Assembly: GCF_039654945.1 (NCBI RefSeq)
Contig: NW_027361867.1
Span: 124,001 to 188,000, forward strand
Reading direction: 5' to 3'
DNA: 64,000 bases
Origin: Dendrobates tinctorius
Lineage: Eukaryota
Positions 12,131 to 22,699 of the stretch are shown here, one piece after another. The notes beneath the pieces were generated by a model, which did no database searches, had not been told where the DNA came from, and saw only the letters and a list, made by a program, of their open reading frames with translations. The position numbers were made by a program, and so were the translations under genes. Every line of letters begins with the position of its first letter. Position 1 is the first letter of the stretch.

Positions 12131-12639
12131 GAGCGGCATCATATATATTGCATAAGGAGTGTCATAAGAAAAAATCCTCAGGGCTGTGCGGCATTTGTAC
12201 ATAGACTGCCATCTGCCGTCCAGACGGGACCATGTGGAATCAATGGGAAGAGGGAGAGTTTCAGGGAGGAAGAGACCTGGTGCACCATCTAGACAGGTGA
12301 CCTTGATGACGCAGCTTCCTGTTATTATAAAGGCCATAGCCCCAAAGGAAAGGGGTGCGGGGAGGAATCTGAGGAACCGGCCATGGTAAAGTGCCGAGGC
12401 AGCTGGGTGTGGGGCAGAACCCTGCTTACAGGGGCATAATGGGGGCATTACACTGTGTGGGGCCAAGAAAGGGACCCTGTACTATGAGAACACTCCGTCT
12501 CCTCACTGCCTGTCTTCCATAGTGGGGTCGTATGTATCTATTACAGGAAACAGAAACGTGATGATTCTTATAAAGAGTCTCAGTGCAGAAGGGGTTAATG
12601 TCCCCCGCGCTCAGTAATGGGGAATCTCCACATCCCTCC

Positions 12640-12731
12640 ACCTGCAGAGCCGCACTCCACATATATGGCTCCTCTGTGCACAGGACCTGTGATGAGGTCA
12701 CAGGAGGTGAGGAGTCAGGGGTCACATGATC
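12640..12731. repeat. Interspersed ~92-bp repeat; inverted partner at 16227-16317
   Basis: ACCTGCAGAGCCGCACTCCACATATATGGCT...GGTCACATGATC versus its reverse complement at 16227-16317. Confidence 0.85.
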
Positions 12732-13016
12732 TCCGGAGTGCAGACCTCCACGGAGCCTTCTCCTCAGTCAGTGACATTCCCGCCATTATTTGCCCCTCAC
12801 TACTGGCACAATTACCCCGCGCCGCCTTCTCTACACAGTGTTATGTGTGGAATGTAACGTGTGATTTCTCTGGAGGGAAAAAGACCCCACACGAGGGAAT
12901 TATTGCCAGTTACCGGCCGTCTACTATATGGCGGCATATGATTGTGCTATCGACTCCACACAAGGAGCTAAAATGCCCAAATCTCGGTTATTTCCCCCCT
13001 TCCCGAGTCCGGCTGA

Positions 13017-13203
13017 GGCCGGGGTGAGACATGAGAGAAACTCGCACGAGGCGCACACCTCAATCCCCGGCAATGCCGCCGGCCCTCGGACCACAGCACA
13101 TAGAAATCCATGGAGCTAAATGCTCCGGTCCCGAGTGCCGGCGGCAGTGCCGGGTATTGAGGTGTGCGCCTCGTGCGAGTTTCTCTCATGTCTGACCCCG
13201 ACC
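13017..13203. mobile_element. Palindromic Harbinger/Tourist-type MITE
   Basis: GGCCGGGGTGAGACATGAGAGAAACTCGCACGAGG...CCTCGTGCGAGTTTCTCTCATGTCTGACCCCGACC. Relatives at 37846-37990 and ~62120-62235. Confidence 0.75.
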
Positions 13204-13349
13204 TATATGTGATTATATGCTAATGTCAGAATTTATATGTGTGAAGGACGACCCAACCCGGTGCCGTATTTGGCAGTGATGCTGCCCGAGGCGCTGTGAG
13301 TGGTCGCTCCCCCTATTGGGAAGTCAGACAACAGTCTCCTGCAGCCGTC

Positions 13350-13810
13350 AGTGTCACACGGACAAATTCTATCGGGAGTTTTCACACCTACAGGACACCA
13401 TTATAGTCTATGAGGCCACATGGATGTGATTTCTCACTGTGCGCCTGGGCAAAACTTACAGAGATTTCTCCGTTTTTTTACAGTACAACAAAAGTGCTAA
13501 TACAAGTCTATGGGTCCAGAAAACCCATCACATGGGTAGTATTAGTATACAGCGTGTGCGCCATCCGTGTGCTGCCTGTGATTAACACTGCAAAGTATAA
13601 CAGAGGCGCCATCATTTATTTATCCAGCTGTGAAAACCACTGACGATAACTGATGGTAAAAACGGGCACACGGACCGTACACGGATGATGCGCGGACTGT
13701 ACACTGATGGCAGACGGACCGTGCACTGATGACTCGCGGACCGTACACTGATGACGCACGGACCGGACACTGGTGACATTGGCACCATCTTACACGTACG
13801 TGGTTATACA
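13350..13810. mobile_element. Degraded Harbinger-type MITE with CACGGACCGTACAC repeats
   Basis: Repeated ACGGACCGT/CACTGATG motifs and an ending ...ACACGTACGTG; termini decayed. Confidence 0.5.
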
Positions 13811-14721
13811 CAGCTGAGTGACAGATGCTGGTAAGAGCCGTTCCCATTACAGAGTAGTTACTGTCCCCATACACATTAGACTACGGTCAGCCACACCGGC
13901 AGATCTCAGCGCGCTCGGCGACACTCTGACCCCTAGATTAGCACACCGTGTGTCACTATCTGAGAGAAGCCACTGATTGTTCTCTCACGGGTCATCCACG
14001 TTGTTACATTGTTTCTCTCCAGTTTTGTGTCACTGACGAGGCGTCACTTCACCCAATACAAAACCCTCGGAAGGTCACGGGTTATTCAAGGTCATCACTG
14101 AGAAACAAATGCCATCAATTCACTATTACTGAGAGACGCCGGATACATGGGACCGGCCTGTGACCCCAGGTAGGAAATCACATGTGTAAGGGCACGGGGT
14201 CGCTCTCTGGTACCAGGGAACCGTCACAGCGTGAATACAGACTTCTAAGTCTGAGCGCCCCTTTATGGTATTGGCGGGATGTTTGGGCTCGCTGTACAAT
14301 CTGGAGCCAGACGCCTCCTTGGTCATCACCTGCCTGAGCTAGGTGTATCCAGCCAAAAATGATGGAGGACCGCGCAGAGGCCGACTCTGCCCCATTATAG
14401 TCACTGACCCCATCAGCCACATCACTGACCGCTGCTCGAGGAGTCAGATCTAAGCCCGACAGCCCCGAATGCACAGAACAGCCTGTCACTCACACACTGC
14501 ACGAGCAACATGTCCGACCACTGAGCGACAGACAGGATAAGATTGTGTACGGAGGCCACGACTTTACCACTGATGACCGATCCGTATCCTTAGGATGGGT
14601 GATCAATGTCTGATCAGTGCAACACCGCCACTCCCATCACTCACCTGTCACTGGCAGCTGGAACTGCACACACCCTGCACCCCTCCATCTCCCGCACCCT
14701 GCACCCCTGTCCCCTGCAGCC

Positions 14722-16042
14722 TCCTGCTCCCCTCTATCACACACCCCCTGCACCCTCCTGCTCCCCTCTATCACACACCCCCTGCACCCTCTCGCTCCCC
14801 TCTATCACACACCCCCCTGCGCCCTCTCGCTCCCCTCTATCACACACCCCCCTGCGCCCTCTCGCTCCCCTCTATCACACACCCCCTGCGCCCTCTCGCT
14901 CCCCTCTATCACACACCCCCTGCGCCCTCTCGCTCCCCTCTATCACACACCCCCTGCGCCCTCTCGCTCCCCTCTATCACACACCCCCTGCGCCCTCTCG
15001 CTCCCCTCTATCACACACCCCCTGCGCCCTCTCGCTCCCCTCTATCACACACCCCCTGCGCCCTCTCGCTCCCCTCTATCACACACCCCCTGCGCCCTCT
15101 CGCTCCCCTCTATCACACACCCCCTGCGCCCTCTCGCTCCCCTCTATCACACACCCCCTGCGCCCTCTCGCTCCCCTCTATCACACACCCCCTGCGCCCT
15201 CTCGCTCCCCTCTATCACACACCCCCTGCGCCCTCTCGCTCCCCTCTATCACACACCCCCTGCGCCCTCTCGCTCCCCTCTATCACACACCCCCTGCGCC
15301 CTCTCGCTCCCCTCTATCACACACCCCCTGCGCCCTCTCGCTCCCCTCTATCACACACCCCCTGCGCCCTCTCGCTCCCCTCTATCACACACCCCCTGCG
15401 CCCTCCCGCTCCCCTCTATCACACACCCCCTGCGCCCTCTCGCTCCCCTCTATCACACACCCCCTGCGCCCTCCCGCTCCCCTCTATCACACACCCCCTG
15501 CACCCTCCCGCTCCCCTCTATCACACAGCCCCCTGCACCCTCTCGCTCCCCTCTATCACACGCCCCCTGCGCCCTCTCGCTCCCCTCTATCACACACCCC
15601 CTGCGCCCTCTCGCTCCCCTCTATCACACGCCCCCTGCGCCCTCTCGCTCCCCTCTATCACACACCCCCTGCGCCCTCTCGCTCCCCTCTATCACACGCC
15701 CCCTGCGCCCTCTCGCTCCCCTCTATCACACACCCCCTGCGCCCTCTCGCTCCCCTCTATCACACACCCCCTGCGCCCTCTCGCTCCCCTCTATCACACA
15801 CCCCCTGCGCCCTCTCGCTCCCCTCTATCACACACCCCCTGCGCCCTCCCGCTCCCCTCTATCACACACCCCCTGCACCCTCTCGCTCCCCTCTATCACA
15901 CAGCCCCCTGCGCCCTCTCGCTCCCCTCTATCACACACCCCCTGCGCCCTCTCGCTCCCCTCTATCACACACCCCCTGCACCCTCCTGCTCCCCTCTATC
16001 ACACACCCCCTGCACCCTCTCGCTCCCCTCTATCTCACCCCC
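14722..16042. repeat. 34-bp C-rich minisatellite, about 39 copies
   Basis: Unit CACACACCCCCTGCGCCCTCTCGCTCCCCTCTAT; the opposite strand carries several G3-G5 runs per unit. Confidence 0.98.
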
Positions 16043-16354
16043 TGTCCTCCCCATGTTCCCTCCATTACCTCTCACAAGTTTCCTATCTCCTGCAGCTTCC
16101 AGCATGCTAACTCTCTGGCTCCTCCCCTTGTGGACGTAATCGTGACGTCACCGCAGGTCCTGTACCATCCAGTCACATGTCATGTCTTCTGGTTAGGCGG
16201 GGATGTGGCAGACAGTGAGGCCCCTGATCATGTGACCGCTGACTCCTCCCCTCCTGTGACCTCATCACAGGTCCTGTGCACAGAGCAGCCATATATGTGG
16301 AGTGCGGCTCTGCAGGTTAGTGATGGGCAGTCCGGCTCCTTTCCCCACTTTTCT

Positions 16355-19300
16355 CCCTCCTGTCCCTTCACTATAAAGCCTGAGCCTCATTATACAGCTG
16401 TACAGGGGTCTAGTGAAGGCTTTTTAGCCCTTTCCTCAGACTGTAGCTCCTGGGAACAGACCCTCACTCCTGTCCCTTCACTATAAAGCCTGGGCCTCAT
16501 TATACAGCTGTACAGGGGTCTAGTGAAGGCTTTTTAGCTCTTTCCTCGGACTGTAGCTCCTGGGAACAGGCCCTCACTCCTGTCCCTTCACTATAAAGCC
16601 TGGGCCTCATTACACAGCTGTACAGGGGTCTAGTGAAGGCTTTTTAGCCCTTTCCTCAGACTGTAGCTCCTGGGAACAGGCCCTCACTCCTGTCCCTTCA
16701 CTATAAAGCCTGGGCCTCATTATACAGCTGTACAGGGGTCTAGTGAAGGCTTTTTAGCCCTTTCCTCAGACTGTAGCTCCTGGGCACAGGCCTTCACTCC
16801 TGTCCCTTCACTATAAAGCCTGGGCCTCATTATACAGCTGTACAGGGGTCTAGTGAAGGCTTTTTAGCCCTTTCCTCAGACTGTAGCTCCTGGGAACAGA
16901 CCCTCACTCCTGTCCCTTCACTATAAAGCCTGGGCCTCATTATACAGCTGTACAGGGGTCTAGTGAAGGCTTTTTAGCCCTTTCCTCAGACTGTAGCTCC
17001 TGGGAACAGACCCTCACTCCTGTCCCTTCACTATAAAGCCTGGGCCTCATTATACAGCTGTACAGGGGTCTAGTGAAGGCTTTTTAGCCCTTTCCTCAGA
17101 CTGTAGCTCCTGGGATCAGGCCCTCACTCCTGTCCCTTCATTATAAAGCCTGGGCCTCATTATACAGCTGTACAGGGGTCTAGTGAAGGCTTTTTAGCCC
17201 TTTCCTCAGACTGTAGCTCCTGGGAACAGACCCTCACTCCTGTCCCTTCACTATAAAGCCTGGGCCTCATTATACAGCTGTACAGGGGTCTAGTGAAGAC
17301 TTTTTTGCCCTTTCCTCAGACTGTAGCTCCTGGGAACAGGCCCTCACTACTGTCCCTTCACTATAAAGCCTGGGCCTCATTATACAGCTGTACAGGGGTC
17401 TAGTGAAGGCTTTTTAGCCCTTTCCTCAGACAGTAGCTCCTGGGAACAGGCCCTCACTCCTGTCCCTTCACTATAAAGCCTGGGCCTCATTATACAGCTG
17501 TACAGGGGTCTAGTGAAGGCTTTTTAGCCCTTTCCTCAGACTGTAGCTCCTGGGCACAGGCCCTCACTCCTGTCCCTTCACTACAAAGCCTGGGCCTCAT
17601 TATACAGCTGTACAGGGGTCTAGTGAAGGCTTTTTAGCCCTTTCCTCAGACTGTAGCTCCTGGGATCAGGCCCTCACTCCTGTCCCTTCATTATAAAGCC
17701 TGGGCCTCATTATACAGCTGTACAGGGGTCTAGTGAAGGCTTTTTAGCCCTTTCCTCAGACTGTAGCTCCTGGGCACAGGCCCTCACTCCTGTCCCTTCA
17801 CTATAAAGCCTGGGCCTCATTATACAGCTGTACAGGGGTCTAGTGAAGGCTTTTAGCCCTTTCCTCAGACTGTAGCTCCTGTGCACAGGCCCTCACTCCA
17901 GTCCCTTCACTATAAAGCCTGGCCTCATTATACAGCTGTACTGGGGTCTAGTGAAGGCTTTTTAGCCCTTTCCTCAGACTGTAGCACCTGGGAACAGGCC
18001 CTCACTCCTGTCCCTTCACTATAAAGCCTGGGCCTCATTATACAGCTGTACAGGGGTTTAGTGAAGGCTTTTTAGCTCTTTCCTCAGACTGTAGCTCCTG
18101 GGATCAGGCCCTCACTCCTGTCCCTTCACTATAAAGCCTGGGCCTCATTATACAGCTGTACAGGGGTCTAGTGAAGGCTTTTTAGCCCTTTCCTCAGAAT
18201 GTAGCTCCTGGGCACAGGCCCTCACTCCAGTCCCTTCACTATAAAGCCTGGGTCTCATTATACAGCTGTACAGGGGTCTAGTGAAGGCTTTTTAGCCCTT
18301 TCCTCATACTGTAGCTCCTGGGAACAGGCCCTCACTCCTGTCCCTTCACTATAAAGCCTGGGCCTCATTATACAGCTGTACAGGGGTCTAGTGAAGGATT
18401 TTTAGCCCTTTCCTCAGACTGTAGCTCCTGGGAACAGACCCTCACTCCTGTCCCTTCACTATAAAGCCTGGGTCTCATTATACAGCTGTACAGGGGTCTA
18501 GTGAAGGCTTTTTAGCCCTTTCCTCAGACTGTAGCTCCTGGGAACAGACCCTCACTCCTGTCCCTTCACTATAAAGCCTGGGTCTCATTATACAGCTGTA
18601 CAGGGGTCTAGTGAAGGCTTTTTTGCCCTTTCCTCAGACTGTAGCTCCTGGGAACAGGCCCTCACTCCTGTCCCTTCACTATAAAGCCTGGGCCTCATTA
18701 TACAGCTGTACAGGGGTCTAGTGAAGGCTTTTTAGCCCTTTCCTCAGACTGTAGCTCCTGGGATCAGGCCCTCACTCCTGTCCCTTCATTATAAAGCCTG
18801 GGCCTCATTATACAGCTGTACAGGGGTCTAGTGAAGGCTTTTTAGCCCTTTCCTCAGACTGTAGCTCCTGGGAACAGGCCCTCACTACTGTCCCTTCACT
18901 ATAAAGCCTGGGCCTCATTATACAGCTGTACAGGGGTCTAGTGAAGGCTTTTTAGCCCTTTCCTCTGACTGTAGCTCCTGGGCACAGGCCCTCACTCCTG
19001 TCCCTTCACTATAAAGCCTGGGCCTCATTATACAGCTGTACAGGGGTCTAGTGAAGGCTTTTTTGCCCTTTCCTCAGACTGTAGCTCCTGGGAACAGGCC
19101 CTCACTACTGTCCCTTCACTATAAAGCCTGGGCCTCATTATACAGCTGTACAGGGGTCTAGTGAAGGCTTTTTAGCCCTTTCCTCAGACTGTAGCTCCTG
19201 GGAACAGACCCTCACTCCTGTCCCTTCACTATAAAGCCTGGGCCTCATTATACAGCTGTACAGGGGTCTAGTGAAGGCTTTTTTGCCCTTTCCTCAGACT

Positions 19301-21564
19301 GTAGCTCCTGGGAACAGGCCCTCACTACTGTCCCTTCACTATAAAGCCTGGGCCTCATTATACAGCTGTACAGGGGTCTAGTGAAAGCTTTTTAGCCCTT
19401 TCCTCAGACTGTAGCTCCTGGGAACAGACCCTCACTCCTGTCCCTTCACTATAAAGCCTGGGTCTCATTATACAATTGTACAGGGGTCTAGTGAAGGCTT
19501 TTTTGCCCTTTCCTCAGACTGTAGCTCCTGGGAACAGGCCCTCACTCCTGTCCCTTCACTATAAAGCCTGGGCCTCATTATACAGCTGTACAGGGGTCTA
19601 GTGAAGGCTTTTTAGCCCTTTCCTCAGACTGTAGCTCCTGGGATCAGGCCCTCACTCCTGTCCCTTCATTATAAAGCCTGGGCCTCATTATACAGCTGTA
19701 CAGGGGTCTAGTGAAGGCTTTTTAGCCCTTTCCTCAGACTGTAGCTCCTGGGCACAGGCCCTCACTCCTGTCCCTTCACTATAAAGCCTGGGCCTCATTA
19801 TACAGCTGTACAGGGGTCTAGTGAAGGCTTTTAGCCCTTTCCTCAGACTGTAGCACCTTGGAACAGGCCCTCACTCCTGTCCCTTCACTATAAAGCCTGG
19901 GCCTCATTATACAGCTGTACAGGGGTTTAGTGAAGGCTTTTTAGCTCTTTCCTCAGACTGTAGCTCCTGGGATCAGGCCCTCACTCCTGTCCCTTCACTA
20001 TAAAGACTGGGCCTCATTATACAGCTGTACAGGGGTCTAGTGAAGGCTTTTTAGCCCTTTCCTCAGAATGTAGCTCCTGGGCACAGGCCCTCACTCCAGT
20101 CCCTTCACTATAAAGCCTGGGTCTCATTATACAGCTGTACAGGGGTCTAGTGAAGGCTTTTTAGCCCTTTCCTCAGACTGTAGCTCCTGGTATCAGGCCC
20201 TCACTCCTGTCCCTTCACTATAAAGCCTGGGCCTTATTATACAGCTGTACAGGGGTCTAGTGAAGGCTTTTTAGCCCTTTCCTCATACTGTAGCTCCTGG
20301 GAACAGGCCCTCACTCCTGTCCCTTCACTATAAAGCCTGGGCCTCATTATACAGCTGTACAGGGGTCTAGTGAAGGATTTTTAGCCCTTTCCTCAGACTG
20401 TAGCTCCTGGGCACAGGCCCTCACTCCTGCCCTTCACTATAAAGCCTGGGCCTCATTATACAGCTGTACAGGGGTCTAGTGAAGGCTTTTTAGCCCTTTC
20501 CTCAGACTGTAGCTCCTGGGATAAGGCCCTCACTCCTGTCCCTTCACTATAAAGGCTTGGCCTCATTATACAGCTGTACAGGGGTTTAGTGAAGGCTTTT
20601 TAGCTCTTTCCTCAGACTGTAGCTCCTGGGATCAGGCCCTCACTCCTGTCCCTTCACTATAAAGCCTGGGCCTCATTATACAGCTGTACAGGGGTCTAGT
20701 GAAGGCTTTTTAGCCCTTTCCTCAGAATGTAGCTCCTGGGCACAGGCCCTCACTCCAGTCCCTTCACTATAAAGCCTGGGTCTCATTATACAGCTGTACA
20801 GGGGTCTAGTGAAGGCTTTTTAGCCCTTTCCTCATTCTGTAGCTCCTGGGAACAGACCCTCACTCCTGTCCCTTCACTATAAAGCCTGGGCCTCATTATA
20901 CAGCTGTACAGGGGTCTAGTGAAGGCTTTTTAGCCCTTTCCTCATTCTGTAGCTCCTGGGAACAGGCCCTCACTCCTGCCCTTCACTATAAAGCCTGGGC
21001 CTCATTATACAGCTGTACAGGGGTCTAGTGAAGGCTTTTTAACCCTTTCTTCAGACTGTAGCTCCTGGGATCAGGCCCTCACTCCTGTCCCTTCACTATA
21101 AAGCCTGGGCCTCATTATACAGCTGTACAGGGGTTTAGTGAAGGCTTTTTAGCTCTTTCCTCAGACTGTAGCTCCTGGGATCAGGCCCTCACTCCTGTCC
21201 CTTCACTATAAAGCCTGGGCCTCATTATACAGCTGTACAGGGGTCTAGTGAAGGCTTTTTAGCTCTTTCCTCAGACTGTAGCTCCTGGGAACAGGCCCTC
21301 ACTCCTGTCCCTTCACTATAAAGCCTGGGCCTCATTATACAGCTGTACAGGGGTCTAGTGAAGGCTTTTTAGCCCTTTCCTCAGACTGTAGCTCCTGGGA
21401 ACAGCCCCTCACTCCTGTCCCTTCACTATAAAGCCTGGGCCTCATTATACAGCTGTACAGGGGTCTAGTGAAGGCTTTTTAGGCCTTTCCTCAGACTGTA
21501 GCTCCTGGGAACAGGCCCTCACTCCTGTCCCTTCACTATAAAGCCTGGGCCTCATTATACAGCT
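16355..21564. repeat. 110-bp satellite, about 47 copies
   Basis: Period 110 (CTGTAGCTCC at 16441 and 16551). A final partial unit resumes at 22641-22666, after the hAT insertion. Confidence 0.98.
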
Positions 21565-22640
21565 TAGTGATGGGTAAAATGTGATTTTTTTGGTGAGCCG
21601 GTTCTTTTGGATCGGCACACCAAAAAAAGACGGCTCTATTGGCTCCAAAAACGGCTCTTCATTTCATATTACCTTTGGCTTTCAAATTGAAGCCAAATTC
21701 TGGTATGTGTTAACCCATGATTGTATACCTTTTAGTAAAAATCTACACGTGCCAATTTATGACATAAAACAGAATAGTTTCCAGAATAACCAGATTTTAT
21801 ATTATTTGCTGTAAAAACTTTAACAAACACAAAATGAACATGCAAAATAGCAACAAGATCCTAATTATCAGTGCCACATTTTAAAGCTACCTTCACACTT
21901 GGCAAGTTCGCTGTGGGCTGTCTGCTGCAAACAGTCTGCAGCAAAACTGCAGTGTCACATGTCGCATCTGCATCCAGGCGGATTTAGATAAGGAATTTGT
22001 GCCGTTGTGGGTCGGGCGGTGACAGCACGGAGCTGTGCGATCGGTCCCCGGAGGTCAATCACGGAGTTCTGTGCGCATGTCATGCGTGCGCACAGAACTG
22101 CCTGTCGCATCTCCGGCCCCGCCCCCTGAGGCAGGGGCATAAGAGAAAATGCAGCGCTGGAGCCGGGAAAGGTAAGAATTGAGCCTACCCCTTTAAACCT
22201 GATAATTTCCAAAATAACATTTTGTGTATTCTGTTTAGTATGAAAATATTAACAAATATAAAATGTGCAAAAATATAACAAATGCTCAAAACAGCAGCAG
22301 AAAACCATTTTTAAAAGTGCAACATGTTAACTGTGTGTGTGTTAACTTAAAAACAATCACAAGAGGGCAAGGAATGCTTGTCACAGATTGGAGGGGGGCG
22401 GGGCTGTGAGTCAGTGCTATGTGTGGCAGCAGGAGGAGCATGCATTCTTTCTCAGTCTCCTGGATAAGATCAGAGTGACTACTGCCGGGAGGGGCGGGGC
22501 AAGAGGGGACTGACTGTGGAACGTGAACTGGCAAAGAGCCGTTTAAATTTCAATTGGCTCCATGCCAGGAGCCGGCTCATATGATTCACTATAAAGAGCT
22601 GGCTCTTAGAGCCGGCTCCTTCGGGAGCTACCCATCACTA
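21565..22640. mobile_element. Non-autonomous hAT element (1076 bp) inserted in the last satellite unit
   Basis: 12-bp TIR TAGTGATGGGTA / TACCCATCACTA; perfect 8-bp TSD ATACAGCT (21557-21564 and 22641-22648); subterminal GAGCC/GGCTC repeats. Confidence 0.93.
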
Positions 22641-22699
22641 ATACAGCTGTACAGGGGTCTAGTGAATGTTTTTTGAATATTTAAAAAAAAATGAACATC

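Noticed and set aside
14178-14335. Possible minus-strand exon GDDQGGVWLQIVQRAQ...PLHM*
   Set aside because: No recognisable homology, weak acceptor and no partner exons; a BLASTX search or RNA-seq would be needed.
14595-16486. Three overlapping 497-626-aa Pro/Ser/His-rich ORFs
   Set aside because: The 34-bp C-rich unit has no stop in any + frame; this is an artefact.
16355-21564. CRISPR-like or 5S/snRNA gene array
   Set aside because: No variable spacers and no cas genes; the monomer does not resemble 5S rRNA, tRNA or snRNA; vertebrate context.
16318-22640. Single 6.3-kb composite hAT insertion from the first TIR to the last TIR
   Set aside because: The flanks CTGCAGGT and ATACAGCT do not form a TSD; the right TIR pairs with 21565.
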